Shown piece after piece: positions 50,316 to 61,776 of a DNA stretch of 64,000 nucleotides. The translations under genes were made by a program, and so were the position numbers. Source of the DNA: a virus (lineage: Duplodnaviria > Caudoviricetes); the IMG/VR virus record IMGVR_UViG_3300020414_000008, positions 96,001 to 160,000 of that record; one strand, 5' to 3'. Numbering within the stretch: position 1 is the stretch's first letter; each line of letters begins with the position of its first letter. Below the pieces are notes generated by a model. It had not been told where the DNA came from. It saw only the letters and a list, made by a program, of their open reading frames with translations, and did not search any database.

Positions 50316-52391
50316 ATGATATATAGAATATACCCAAATAAAGACAACACTATCTACGAGAAGGACAACCTGAAACTTCAGAATACAGGTAAAGACCAAA
50401 TTCTTGAAGTAGGTAAGTTCTATGGTGACGACAACATAACGTTTGTTGGAAACAGTAGAATACTTCTTGGTTTCGATTTGACACCAATATCATCCTCTGT
50501 AGCAGACGGAACAATTACGTCACCTCAATATAGACTAAGATTAGAAAATATAGAAAGTTCAGAATTACAAGACGACTTTGATTTATTTGTATACCCACTA
50601 AAAGAATCATGGAATGAAGGACTTGGTCAGTTTAGTGATTCACCAAAGAGTGAACACGCATCAAATTGGGTATTTAGAATCAGTGGTTCTAAATGGGACG
50701 TAGACAACTCTACAGAAGGAAAAGCATTAAACGCAGACACACTAAGTTCGTTAAACGCATATTACAACTTCGCAGGAAGTGTTGGTAACTTTGAATTAGT
50801 TGATAAGATAAAAGGTACAAACGGAGATGACCCATTACTATTTGTATCGGGTGGTAGATTAATTATGTCAGCATCAGATTTTAGTGGTGGTACAGCAAAT
50901 CTATCATCATCATTAGACTCGGGGTCAGTATACAATATTCAATTTGATTTTAACAGAGAATCTTTAACAGGAGTTGATTTCAATGTAATCAATCCAAGTG
51001 GGTCTCGATTAAACTCAGACATCGTTGGGTTCCAAGAATCATTAGTATCAACAGCAACATATAAAATGGCATTTACAGCAAGTATGCCAGGAGTTCACAA
51101 ATTACAGTTTACATATTTTGACGAAGACGGGTCAGACGGGTCAGAAGGAAACATAGATAACTTTTTCCTTTACACAACAACCGACCCTAACACTTTAGTG
51201 TTTGACCAATTCGCATCAAACTTAACTGACTTACCTTCAACTTATATAATAAATGAGGGGATTCAAAACTTAGATGGTATTACAGGTTCAGCAGAAGTAT
51301 TGAACAATACATTGACTATGACATCGTCAAAGTTTGGTGGAGCAACACTAAACAGAAAGTTTACTCTACAAGAAAACGCAAACTATACAGCTAGTTTTGA
51401 TATAGTGCCAGGAAACTTCCCTGATACACGAGGTGATGGTAGTCCATTAGGTATTGAGTTTACAGTACAAACACCAACGGGTAGATTGGTAGACATAAAC
51501 GACTTTACAGGTTATACAAGATACATAACATCAAGTATGACTCAAAGAATTATATTCCAAGCAAGAGAATCAGGACAACATTTATTTAGATGGTCTTACT
51601 ATGCAAGTGGTAGTGACTTACAAGCAAGTGCATCGTTAGATAATATTTTAATAAAATCGTTTGACCACGATACAACAAGTGCAAGATTTAATGATAACAA
51701 ATATGACGCACATTTTAGTAAAACATCAGGTGGTGGTACATGGTTTACTTCTTCATTTGGAAGTGGGAAGCATTACTATCAATCTTTTAACAGAAATACT
51801 GATAACATCAATGTTGAAGTAACTGATTATGTATCAGAATGGATTGATGGAACAAGAACAAACAACGGATTCATAATTAAGAAATCCAAAACAGATGAGA
51901 ATTCAACAATCAACTTTGGTAAGATTAAGTTCTTCTCAACTGATACACATACAATATATCCACCTGTCTTAGAAGCAAGGTGGGACGACTCATCATTCGA
52001 TACAGGGTCGTTAGACGCACTAAGTGGTGACGATTTAATTCTTTATGTTAAAAATTTACAAACAGAATATAAAGAATCATCCAAAGGAAAAATAAGAGTA
52101 TTTGGTAGAGAGAGATATCCTAACAGAAGTTTCTCTACAAGTCCATTGAAGACTGTAAAGTATTTACCAACCACATCATATTACTCAGTAGTTGACGCAG
52201 AAACAGAACAAGTCATTGTTCCATTTGATACTAACTACACAAAGTTGAGTTGTGATAGTAGTGGTAATTACTTTAACTTTTGGTTCAACGGATTACAACC
52301 TGAAAGATTTTACAAATTTTGTTTTAGAGTTGACCAAGGTGGTAATGTAAGATACTACGATGACAACTTTTACTTTAAGGTAATTAGATAA
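50316..52391 (+). CDS. virion/baseplate protein with internal beta-sandwich domains
   Basis: KDNTIYE...NTGKD.ILE; N.GFIIK; YPP.LE; structural context. Confidence 0.6.
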   Translation: MIYRIYPNKDNTIYEKDNLKLQNTGKDQILEVGKFYGDDNITFVGNSRILLGFDLTPISSSVADGTITSPQYRLRLENIESSELQDDFDLFVYPLKESWNEGLGQFSDSPKSEHASNWVFRISGSKWDVDNSTEGKALNADTLSSLNAYYNFAGSVGNFELVDKIKGTNGDDPLLFVSGGRLIMSASDFSGGTANLSSSLDSGSVYNIQFDFNRESLTGVDFNVINPSGSRLNSDIVGFQESLVSTATYKMAFTASMPGVHKLQFTYFDEDGSDGSEGNIDNFFLYTTTDPNTLVFDQFASNLTDLPSTYIINEGIQNLDGITGSAEVLNNTLTMTSSKFGGATLNRKFTLQENANYTASFDIVPGNFPDTRGDGSPLGIEFTVQTPTGRLVDINDFTGYTRYITSSMTQRIIFQARESGQHLFRWSYYASGSDLQASASLDNILIKSFDHDTTSARFNDNKYDAHFSKTSGGGTWFTSSFGSGKHYYQSFNRNTDNINVEVTDYVSEWIDGTRTNNGFIIKKSKTDENSTINFGKIKFFSTDTHTIYPPVLEARWDDSSFDTGSLDALSGDDLILYVKNLQTEYKESSKGKIRVFGRERYPNRSFSTSPLKTVKYLPTTSYYSVVDAETEQVIVPFDTNYTKLSCDSSGNYFNFWFNGLQPERFYKFCFRVDQGGNVRYYDDNFYFKVIR

Positions 52392-52921
52392 TGAGTGTAG
52401 ATAGAGACTTAAAAAGAAACGTAAGGGGACAGATTGTCTCCTATGAGATTCCACAACCAGCACAGGTACCTGTAGGAACACCACTTCCGTCATACTCTAA
52501 AGTGTATATTACATCACAAGATGGTGGAGCAACAACTCCCGAAAGGTTTAGATTAGGAAGAGTATTAGAAGGTACTGATTCAGTTATATCTGAATTACAG
52601 TTTGTAGGTGTTAGTGTCAGAACAAACGCAAACGTTAGAACATCACTCGCAGGAGCAACAGGTGGTGGGAGTTTAGCGTCAAGTGGATTCCAATCAAGTG
52701 GTGTTGCAAGTACACCATCCAACCCATCAACAGGACAAGCAGCAGCAGGTTCAGCAGGAACCACAGGTGGAGTAGTTTCTACAGGTGGTGGTAGTCAAGG
52801 TGGTGGTGGTACAGGTGGTAACACCCAAGACGGAAGTCCAATTGGAGTAGGTGGATACGATTCATATGGATTTAACACAGACTCGGGCCCTGACCGAAAC
52901 TTTACTATGAATTATCTATAA
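52391..52921 (+). CDS. Gly/Ser-rich protein
   Basis: Low-complexity C-terminal half. Confidence 0.55.
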   Translation: MSVDRDLKRNVRGQIVSYEIPQPAQVPVGTPLPSYSKVYITSQDGGATTPERFRLGRVLEGTDSVISELQFVGVSVRTNANVRTSLAGATGGGSLASSGFQSSGVASTPSNPSTGQAAAGSAGTTGGVVSTGGGSQGGGGTGGNTQDGSPIGVGGYDSYGFNTDSGPDRNFTMNYL

Positions 52922-52934
52922 ATGAGTATATGAT

Positions 52935-53516
52935 ATGTTTGAATTTACAATCGGAAATATAAAAACTTTCACACCTTGGGAACAACCAAGGTTTGACACG
53001 TTTAGGGGTTGGTGGAATAGATTCAACCGAGAGGTTGACTTATCAGACTATAGAGTATATTTAGTTGGTTCATTCGCAGAGAATATTTATGGAGCAAATA
53101 TCCCAACAATGGATGTGGATATTGTGTTAAGAAACGAAGTAAAAGATTATACAAAACTAAAACATATTTTAGATACAGCAATGATAATGGGATTTGAATC
53201 TAAAATGTTTATAGATATAAAGTGGAGTTGTGAAACTCTTTGGACAGAACATCTTGGTCTTAGAAAAAAGTGTCAACGACCTTCTAAGTTAAGTAAGTTC
53301 ACAAGAATAAAGAATTACAATTACAGTATCAAAACGGTCAATGGTAGAACTTTAGAAAAAAGAAATATGCCAAAAGACATGAGATGTAAAGAAATTATAG
53401 ATGGTCTATATGAAGTAACAGGATACGATTATATGACAGCATCTAAAGTTAACAAACGTATGAGAGAAAAAACTTATACGGGAAAATATATGGACTTAAA
53501 GAATGCCTTTAGATAG
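52935..53516 (+). CDS. Pol-beta-fold nucleotidyltransferase-like protein
   Basis: LVGSF...DVDIVL...IDI. Confidence 0.55.
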   Translation: MFEFTIGNIKTFTPWEQPRFDTFRGWWNRFNREVDLSDYRVYLVGSFAENIYGANIPTMDVDIVLRNEVKDYTKLKHILDTAMIMGFESKMFIDIKWSCETLWTEHLGLRKKCQRPSKLSKFTRIKNYNYSIKTVNGRTLEKRNMPKDMRCKEIIDGLYEVTGYDYMTASKVNKRMREKTYTGKYMDLKNAFR

Positions 53517-56500
53517 ATTTTTTAATGAAGATGAAGTAAATGGTAAACAACCTATCTTCGGAGAGGTGTTTTCACCTGAAGATGTTGCACTAATAGCAGA
53601 GGGAGCAACATACCCTGTTTTAAGTGACGAAGACATCACAGGTATTCCATCATTTACTACACCAAACTTAGAAGTTCATTACTATACACCACAAGGAGCG
53701 TACTTGGGTGGTAGAGCCGGTTTACCATTTAACACAGTCGGTGACGTTGGTAATAAAACTCTTTTCATAAGGCCAGGTCAAGACATAAGAGATGGTGGTT
53801 ACAAAAGTGGTACATATAAAATGGTGTATAACTTTTTACACCAAGCAGCATCAGGATTGAAAATAACAGAGATTTCACCAAACAGAAAAGAAGTAAAAAT
53901 CCAATCCTCAAACATAAACGGTCTATCAAACCTATACCAACTATACAGTACACCAAATGGTCTTGTGGGGAACACATTCTCAGGTGATGATACATTTTTA
54001 CCAGCACAATTAAACTTTGGAGCAAACAATTTATATCCAATTGTTAATGCACAGTTTATGGGACAACGTGGTGGACTCTTTTCCGCGTCACTACCATTTC
54101 CTGTTGGTGACACGAGTGTTAATGACTCTAATAGAAATACAATATTTGTCCCCGTAACACAAACACCATTAGAAACAGGATTTGGTGACGACAATACAAC
54201 AGACTTTGTTACATTTGCAGAAGTTGACTTAGATGACACTGTTCAAGGTGGTAACACTTTCTTCCCTATAACAAAATATAGATTAACAGGTATTTTTGAT
54301 AGATTTAAACTTGTCAGAAACGCAGACACATCTTTAAGTTGGTTAAGAAAAAATGAAACGTATTTATCGCCAGAAGAATTACCATCTGATGTAGACCAAG
54401 CGACGAGAGACGCATTTATTCAACCAACTTACTCGTCATTAAACATAAACGCATTAGATGTACGATATAATGCATTTGACCTTAATCTAAATACTGTAAA
54501 TGAAGTAATTGTTAAACTAAGTCAAGAATTACCATCAACTATAAATGTTAATGATACACTTGATATCTCACTACAATTAGTAAAACCGTATATAGATAAT
54601 ATAATCATATACGAGGGACTCGAAGACCCTAATATGATTCCTTTCTTTTCAAATCCAAACTTCAACATTGATTTGGGTGACAACAAAGGAGCAGCAGGTG
54701 AGTTCGAATCTTGGGATTCTTTATTAGACGCAGGTCTACCAACAAGACAACAAATCGTAGATAAGTTTTTCAGTGGTTCACTTGGAAACGTAACACTAAA
54801 TATAGATTATTCTGACTTAAAAAACTTTATTCACTTTTCATCAGCAGAAGAAAGAGTTAGAAACTTTAAATACAAACTACAACTTGTAGAAGGATACAAC
54901 ACGAGAATCCAAACTTTAACAGGAGTAAGTGGTTCTGAAGCAATAACAAACATTTCATCATCAACAAGTAGAAGAGACGCGTTGATTGGTGGGTTTGATG
55001 ACTTTGAATATTGGATGTACTATAATCATGAGTCATCTTTATATACACACTTTAGTTCGTCACAGTTTGTAATAGACCCATATCCAAAAGAATTAAAGAA
55101 CCCACATACGTTATATGACTTGACATCATCAAACGGTACAAGTTGGTTTAATAATACAATTGAGACAGCAAAAGCATATGACGCATTAAATGATACTAAG
55201 TTAACAGAAATGATTCCTGCTAATTTAGCGTTTGATGAAAAGAACGAAGAGTATGTTGAGTTTGTAAAAATGTTAGGTCAACATTTTGATATATTCTACA
55301 ACTACATAAAAGAAATTACTCAAATCAATGATAGAGAAGAACATCCTAAAGATGGTATGGCACAGGATTTGATTGAGGTTATTACAAACTCATTTGGTTG
55401 GAAACTATTTAATGGATACTCCGATACTTCATTATGGAAATATGAATTCGGAGTTGACCAAACAGGTAATCCAATACAATCAGGTTCTCTATATTCTAAA
55501 CCAACAAAAGAGATTGTTCACGAAACTTGGAGAAGATTATTAAATAACGTGCCAGGAATATACAAAAGTAAAGGTACTGCACGTTCATTTAAAACATTGA
55601 TATCTTCTTATGGTGTTCCAAGTGCATTCTTAAAGATTAGAGAGTACGGTGGACCGAGAATAAAAGATACTAAAGAGATATACGAACACGAAAGATATAT
55701 CTACAAACTACAATTAGACGGAGCATGTCGTTCAGAGAACCCATGGGATAAAATTAATGGTCATAGACCAAAGACTATTGAAATAATAGCAAAACTACCA
55801 CAGGGTAATCACACAATCATGAGACATAATATTTCCGACACCTATGATTTAAAATGGGAGTATAACCAAGTAACGGGAAAAGCAAGATGGGTTGTTAATT
55901 ATGTTGGTGGTGGAGCGTTAGCATCAACACCATATGTTCCTTACAAACAAGAAAGAAATGTTATAGTAGCAATATCATCGGGGTCAGGTGGATATACACT
56001 TAACTCAGCATGGGTTGACGATTGGGGATTCACATTAGCAAATCCAACTGCGTCTTGGGATGATAGTAGCATAGATAGTATTTGGAACCCAACATCACCA
56101 ACAGGTAGAAGTGCGTCTATTTCTATACCATTTACTAATGCGGGAAATACTACATCAAGTATCCAAGAAATAAGATACTACAAAAAACAGTTATCAAACG
56201 AAGTCATACTTGGTCACGCAGCAAATACTGACGCATATTATTCTGATGATAATACAACTGATTTAGATATCGACACATCATATGAGAATCTTCTATATAG
56301 AATTTTCCCTGATAGTACATACAATAACATTAGTGGTTCTATATCATCAAGACATCCTAATCAGCAGTTTACCTCATCAGCAACGGGTCTTATATTATCT
56401 GCGTCTTTTGATAGATTTGGACAAGCAGACGCATCAAGATTATCAGGTGAAGTAGATACTCAGTTTGTTTCTATTCCATCTGTTGGAGCACTAAACTTAA

Positions 56501-57969
56501 CAAATAAGAAAGTAAGAATAGAATCTTCATCATTAAGAGGTCCATTACAATTTGATGTTAGTAATGAAAAAAGTCAATACGATGAAGCACCTCTTGATTC
56601 TAATTTATTAGGAACTTATTTCTCTACAACAGATACAGTCAACTTTGATATCTACGCGTCTGAAGGTTACTTTGACGCAGGTGATTTGGTTGGTGATACT
56701 GATGTTAGAAATAATGACGGATATGATTTATTAGATTTTAGAGCAAGAAACTATTTCCAAAAATATACAGGAAGAACCGCACTTCAGATTCAATTAGATA
56801 TGTTATCAAGATATGATATGTCTATCTTTGATTCAATGAAACAGTTAGTTCCAGCAAGAGCTGATTGGCATAAAGGTATTTTAGTTGAACCACATATTTT
56901 TGAGAGAAACAATTATTTAAGACCACAAGGAATCTCATTCACACAAAATCAATATGAGAGTAGTGGAGTAACAACGTTAAGTATAATATCAGGTTCTTAC
57001 TTAACTTACACAAGTAGTATAACCAAAGATGTATTTAAACCGTCTGTTTACAAATACACCGACATCCAAAGACTTAGTTCTTCAGGTGATTACTTTACAG
57101 ATACAAATCCATATTGGGAATACTCACCAACAGGTTCTACTATATTAGACGCAAGACTTTCAAGAACAGCATTGGAACCAAGATATTTTTACACAAACGA
57201 AATAAGTGCATCAAAAGGTCCTGAGTTCGCAAGTTCCGCGTCATTCCATTTTGCAAGAGTTCAAGATGATAGATTGACAGGTAATCTAAATAACTTATTC
57301 TATTTAGGATGTAAAATATCAAGTACATCTTTAACAGCAAATTCAGCGGATACTCCTGACAACAGTCCTGTAATAGAAGTAACTCAGGTTAGTGATACTG
57401 ATATCGTAGTAAGTACTACAAAAGAAGTTGAACTTGATTCAAAGGGAGCAACAAAGGTAATAAATGTTATGGAATCTGAGGATTTAGTATCAGTTAAAAA
57501 ACACATTGATACAGTGGAAACTATAAGTAAATCAACATCAAAAGCAATAGATAAAGCAATTGAAGACGATTTATTTAGAAATCCACCAGCACTACCATTA
57601 TTACCTAAAAGAAGAAAAAGACCTATTGGGAAAATACCAGGCGATGATACAAAAGTATCATTTAGTTTTATTCCGTCTGTTGGAATTGCACAAAAGAATG
57701 TTACGTTAAACGTAAACGCTACATCAAGAGCAGTTGAGAATGTAGCGAGAAAACAAGCGGCAAGAGCTTATAGAAATGGTGGTGCACCAAGAATAAGTTC
57801 TACACCACCACCAACGACTAATGTGTCGTTTGGATATGGACCACCACCACCTGTAAATAATAACTCAACATTTGGAGCAGCAGCTACTACAAATGGACCG
57901 TTAGACGATATTTTTCAACAACAAAGAAATCGTAGGTCAGGTGGATTATTTTCGAATAGAGGTGGTTAA
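53503..57969 (+). CDS. large baseplate/tail protein
   Basis: 1488 aa; YKSKGT.RS motif typical of wedge proteins; LamG-like IQEIRYYK. Confidence 0.65.
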   Translation: MPLDRFFNEDEVNGKQPIFGEVFSPEDVALIAEGATYPVLSDEDITGIPSFTTPNLEVHYYTPQGAYLGGRAGLPFNTVGDVGNKTLFIRPGQDIRDGGYKSGTYKMVYNFLHQAASGLKITEISPNRKEVKIQSSNINGLSNLYQLYSTPNGLVGNTFSGDDTFLPAQLNFGANNLYPIVNAQFMGQRGGLFSASLPFPVGDTSVNDSNRNTIFVPVTQTPLETGFGDDNTTDFVTFAEVDLDDTVQGGNTFFPITKYRLTGIFDRFKLVRNADTSLSWLRKNETYLSPEELPSDVDQATRDAFIQPTYSSLNINALDVRYNAFDLNLNTVNEVIVKLSQELPSTINVNDTLDISLQLVKPYIDNIIIYEGLEDPNMIPFFSNPNFNIDLGDNKGAAGEFESWDSLLDAGLPTRQQIVDKFFSGSLGNVTLNIDYSDLKNFIHFSSAEERVRNFKYKLQLVEGYNTRIQTLTGVSGSEAITNISSSTSRRDALIGGFDDFEYWMYYNHESSLYTHFSSSQFVIDPYPKELKNPHTLYDLTSSNGTSWFNNTIETAKAYDALNDTKLTEMIPANLAFDEKNEEYVEFVKMLGQHFDIFYNYIKEITQINDREEHPKDGMAQDLIEVITNSFGWKLFNGYSDTSLWKYEFGVDQTGNPIQSGSLYSKPTKEIVHETWRRLLNNVPGIYKSKGTARSFKTLISSYGVPSAFLKIREYGGPRIKDTKEIYEHERYIYKLQLDGACRSENPWDKINGHRPKTIEIIAKLPQGNHTIMRHNISDTYDLKWEYNQVTGKARWVVNYVGGGALASTPYVPYKQERNVIVAISSGSGGYTLNSAWVDDWGFTLANPTASWDDSSIDSIWNPTSPTGRSASISIPFTNAGNTTSSIQEIRYYKKQLSNEVILGHAANTDAYYSDDNTTDLDIDTSYENLLYRIFPDSTYNNISGSISSRHPNQQFTSSATGLILSASFDRFGQADASRLSGEVDTQFVSIPSVGALNLTNKKVRIESSSLRGPLQFDVSNEKSQYDEAPLDSNLLGTYFSTTDTVNFDIYASEGYFDAGDLVGDTDVRNNDGYDLLDFRARNYFQKYTGRTALQIQLDMLSRYDMSIFDSMKQLVPARADWHKGILVEPHIFERNNYLRPQGISFTQNQYESSGVTTLSIISGSYLTYTSSITKDVFKPSVYKYTDIQRLSSSGDYFTDTNPYWEYSPTGSTILDARLSRTALEPRYFYTNEISASKGPEFASSASFHFARVQDDRLTGNLNNLFYLGCKISSTSLTANSADTPDNSPVIEVTQVSDTDIVVSTTKEVELDSKGATKVINVMESEDLVSVKKHIDTVETISKSTSKAIDKAIEDDLFRNPPALPLLPKRRKRPIGKIPGDDTKVSFSFIPSVGIAQKNVTLNVNATSRAVENVARKQAARAYRNGGAPRISSTPPPTTNVSFGYGPPPPVNNNSTFGAAATTNGPLDDIFQQQRNRRSGGLFSNRGG

Positions 57970-58033
57970 AAACAAAAAAATGATTTAAAAATAAAAAAAA
58001 CTATATTTATATAAGTAAAAGAGGAAAACAACT

Positions 58034-58675
58034 ATGGGATTTTTAGACAATTCATCTGTAACAGTAGACGCTATCCTTACCAAGAGGGGAAGAGAATTAC
58101 TCGCGGAAGGTAGAGACAAATTTTCAATTACCCAATTCGCATTAGCGGATGATGAGGTCGATTACGACCTTTGGAATCCTGCTCACTCGTTAGGTAGTGA
58201 CTACTATGGAATCGTTATTGAAAATATGCCAATCTTGGAGGCGATTACTGACGATTCATATTTAATGAAATACAAATTATTATCATTACCGAAATCAACG
58301 GTAAAATTACCATTTATAGAACTATCGGTAACTTCTATCTCTTCAGCAGAAGAAGGAACAGCAAGTACTATAAACGTAACTACTAAGAATGGTGGTAATG
58401 AAAATTTAGGATATACAGCAATATTACTTAATAGTGATGTAGGTTCAATCAGTGGTAACGCAGGAGTGCCAGGAACAACTTCACCTATTATTAATATCAA
58501 TTCATATGCTACTAATCAAGCATTAGCAGTAACAGGATTGAATTCATTTATATTCACTCCAACAAACAATCTACCAACAAACCAAACAACCAATACAAGA
58601 ATTATCATTATTGGTAATGAAACAGGTGGTAGAGCAGAGTTAGATGTAACGGTAACACCTAAGGTAAACGAATAA
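58034..58675 (+). CDS. virion structural protein
   Basis: DAILTKRGRELLA...ITQFALADDEVDY; late motif upstream. Confidence 0.65.
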   Translation: MGFLDNSSVTVDAILTKRGRELLAEGRDKFSITQFALADDEVDYDLWNPAHSLGSDYYGIVIENMPILEAITDDSYLMKYKLLSLPKSTVKLPFIELSVTSISSAEEGTASTINVTTKNGGNENLGYTAILLNSDVGSISGNAGVPGTTSPIININSYATNQALAVTGLNSFIFTPTNNLPTNQTTNTRIIIIGNETGGRAELDVTVTPKVNE

Positions 58676-58686
58676 GGAGATAAATT

Positions 58687-60030
58687 ATGGCATTTTTAAA
58701 CAACTTCGGATTCGGTGGACCTAACTCATACTTTGACGGTGGATTCAATTCACCGCCAGGTGGATTTCCTGGCATTAATGGATTTAATGGTATGCCGTTC
58801 CTTAATGGTCCAAGAAATGGTGGACAAAACGTAATATCACAAAACCTTCAAAATGGTGGTGGAGCATCAAACGTATCAGTTACTCCACAGGTAGCACCAA
58901 GACCATCTATTTTGAGTCCAACCTCAGGTCAAGGACCAAGTAGTGGAGTAAACGTATCACCAATTGATGTCATACTAAATGATGATGTCGCAGCAAATGA
59001 CACTCCAATCGTTCCAGCAGGAGCATATGATTATGGTAGTGGAAAAGTTTATACTGCCTTTACTACTGAAGATGTAGTAGAAGGTGGTACTAAGAGAGTA
59101 ACAAGAGGACTATGGTCAGGTGGAAGTGGTGAACTAACTGTATTCCACACATCATCGTTCTTATCAAATACTCAAAAATCATATTACTATGAAGTATATA
59201 ACGGACTTCCATCAGTATCTACAAACGAACCTCAGTTCTCAGTAGCATACGGACACTACGCAGGTAGTGGTTCGGCAGGAACAAATGAAGATTCACCTTC
59301 ATCTGCAATATACTCACAAATGCAACAAGTCTTGTTACCGTCTAACCAAAAATTCTTCAAATGGCAAGATAGAAACCAAGATGATATTTACGCAATCGCA
59401 ATCAACAGAGCTAGACTAAAAGATAGATTAGACCCTGGCAATTGGGAATTGTGTATCTCAGGTTCAGGTGGTAAAAAACTATTAAGACTAATTGATGATA
59501 GTGGTGACACTAACCAAGCAGGTAACGCAAGACAAACTAAATACAATGTAGTATCAGGTTCTCTTACAGGTGGTATTCAAAACTCAACAGAAATATTTGG
59601 TGAAGTTTATCCACAACATGGTATAATCATATTAGGTGCAGCGGCACTTGATGATTCATCATCATTAGGAACTGTAAGAACTGTAGCAGATAATCAAAAC
59701 CATAATAGATTGTTTGAAGCAATTAGTGGTTCAGCAGTTGATAGTACATCAAACGGATTCCAAGCAAGAAACGAAGAAGAAGTTAAATCAACTTTCTACT
59801 TTGTTAGAGCTAAGAATGGTGAATATAACTTTAGTAACAACCCGACTTATATTTCAGGTTCAGAGGGTAGATTGAATCAATCAACTTTCGTTGGTGACCC
59901 AAAAACTTATATTACAAGTGTTGGGTTATATAACAATGATAATGAATTACTCGCAATCGCTAAACTTTCTAAACCAATTTTGAAATCATTCCAAAACGAA
60001 GTATTGGTCAAGGTTAAATTAGATTTCTAA
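58687..60030 (+). CDS. virion structural protein
   Basis: C-terminal YITSVGLYN..NELLAIAKLSKP...KLDF. Confidence 0.65.
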   Translation: MAFLNNFGFGGPNSYFDGGFNSPPGGFPGINGFNGMPFLNGPRNGGQNVISQNLQNGGGASNVSVTPQVAPRPSILSPTSGQGPSSGVNVSPIDVILNDDVAANDTPIVPAGAYDYGSGKVYTAFTTEDVVEGGTKRVTRGLWSGGSGELTVFHTSSFLSNTQKSYYYEVYNGLPSVSTNEPQFSVAYGHYAGSGSAGTNEDSPSSAIYSQMQQVLLPSNQKFFKWQDRNQDDIYAIAINRARLKDRLDPGNWELCISGSGGKKLLRLIDDSGDTNQAGNARQTKYNVVSGSLTGGIQNSTEIFGEVYPQHGIIILGAAALDDSSSLGTVRTVADNQNHNRLFEAISGSAVDSTSNGFQARNEEEVKSTFYFVRAKNGEYNFSNNPTYISGSEGRLNQSTFVGDPKTYITSVGLYNNDNELLAIAKLSKPILKSFQNEVLVKVKLDF

Positions 60031-60046
60031 GAATTAGTGATGAAGT

Positions 60047-61774
60047 ATGGCAAAAGTATTCAAAAGGATATTCAATCAGGGAATAACCACACGTCCCTAC
60101 AAAGCTCATAAAAGATATGAGGTAACGGATGTAAACTATTCGTCATCATTCGAGATATCTACTTTTAGAGCAATATCCCCATTTAATACTAAGTTAGAAG
60201 TTTCTAAATCAAAACACCAAGGTATTGAATATGATACTACTATCCTAACAGGTTCAGGTGCAATTTCAAGAGACTTAAATAAAGTTCCACAGAAAATTAT
60301 GTGGAGTACACTTAACTCAGTATGTTTTAAGGATTATGGGGATAAACATTTATATCCAACAGCATCAATTGTTTCGATACCACAAAATAAATTTGGTTTA
60401 GGAATCAAACCTGAATCAGTAACTATCTCAGACTTTTCAAGAGCAGCAGGTTCTGCTTCATTACACCTAAGTGAATCAAAGTTTGATAATAACTGTGGTG
60501 TTTTATATGATACAGCAATAGACCACACTAAATTTGTAGATGACAAATATTTAAAATTCTATTTAGGATTTAATAAGTATCCACACAATACAATCTATAA
60601 AATTCAAAAAGACGAAGGACCATTTGGTAATAATCTTGAATGTAAAAATGTAACCATAGTAAATGGAATAGATACAACAGGTGAAGCAACAGCAAGTGGT
60701 TATGGTGGATTCTTACAAACATCATCATCACTTTACATACCTGCCGCAGGTAGTAATACCGACTTCTTTAATTCATTTGAAAATTGGTCGATATCAACAT
60801 GGATTAAACTACCACCAAGTCAATCTATGTTAGAAAGAAATAATAATATAATATTAGCAAAAGCAGGTCAAGAATATAATCCATATCTTGATTACAATCC
60901 AAGTTCAATACAACGAGGAAACGTTTTCGGTTCAAGACAAATCATTGACCCACCTGCATATCCATTTAAAATAAGTGTATATAATCAATTAGCGGGAGAG
61001 TTAAATGGTAAATTACAATTCCAATTTTTTGATGGAAGAGAAAATAAAAGAAGTCAACTCATAGTAACCTCATCAAAGGTTAATGACAATCAATGGCATA
61101 ATATTATTGTAAATCATACAGGTGGACAAAATGGTGGGACTATGAAATTCTACGTTGACGGAGTTCAACTTGATGATTTTGCCGCTACTCATGTTAGGAG
61201 ACCAATCGGTAATGAACAAGATGTAATGATAATGTGTAGAAACGGAATGGGTGATACAGGTACAAGTGGTTCAATAGATGAAGTTAGATTCTATAACACA
61301 AACCTTACAGCAGATAATATTTCATCACTGAGTAACAATCATGTAATCAGTGGTTCAGCATATCAAACAAGAAACGTTGGATATACATTTTATGAAAAGG
61401 GATTAATAGTAGTAACAGACCCAAGACCAAAATATCAAAATTGTTTTTTGGGTGATGGTGACTTTAACTACACAGGAAAAGGTTTTGAGTTCACATACAA
61501 CTCTACTAAAAAAATAGAACAACAATCAATCCTATGTGAAATAGGAAGAGGTGAGTTTAACGTCTCACAAAATAATACATTAAGACTAACAGGTGACGAA
61601 AGTGGTCATGTACTAAGAGACTTTGTTACGGGGTCTGCGTTTAGACCATATATAACATCCATAGGATTATATAACAATGAAGGTGAATTACTTGCGATTG
61701 GTAAGATGGGTTCACCAATGAAGAAAAGACAGGATGTTGATGTAACAGTTGATGTTAGATTAGATTTTGAATAG
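60047..61774 (+). CDS. virion protein with LamG/ConA-like domain
   Basis: SISTWIK, NDNQWHNI, FYVDG, GSIDEVRFYN; C-terminal domain shared with upstream gene. Confidence 0.75.
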   Translation: MAKVFKRIFNQGITTRPYKAHKRYEVTDVNYSSSFEISTFRAISPFNTKLEVSKSKHQGIEYDTTILTGSGAISRDLNKVPQKIMWSTLNSVCFKDYGDKHLYPTASIVSIPQNKFGLGIKPESVTISDFSRAAGSASLHLSESKFDNNCGVLYDTAIDHTKFVDDKYLKFYLGFNKYPHNTIYKIQKDEGPFGNNLECKNVTIVNGIDTTGEATASGYGGFLQTSSSLYIPAAGSNTDFFNSFENWSISTWIKLPPSQSMLERNNNIILAKAGQEYNPYLDYNPSSIQRGNVFGSRQIIDPPAYPFKISVYNQLAGELNGKLQFQFFDGRENKRSQLIVTSSKVNDNQWHNIIVNHTGGQNGGTMKFYVDGVQLDDFAATHVRRPIGNEQDVMIMCRNGMGDTGTSGSIDEVRFYNTNLTADNISSLSNNHVISGSAYQTRNVGYTFYEKGLIVVTDPRPKYQNCFLGDGDFNYTGKGFEFTYNSTKKIEQQSILCEIGRGEFNVSQNNTLRLTGDESGHVLRDFVTGSAFRPYITSIGLYNNEGELLAIGKMGSPMKKRQDVDVTVDVRLDFE

Positions 61775-61776
61775 TT

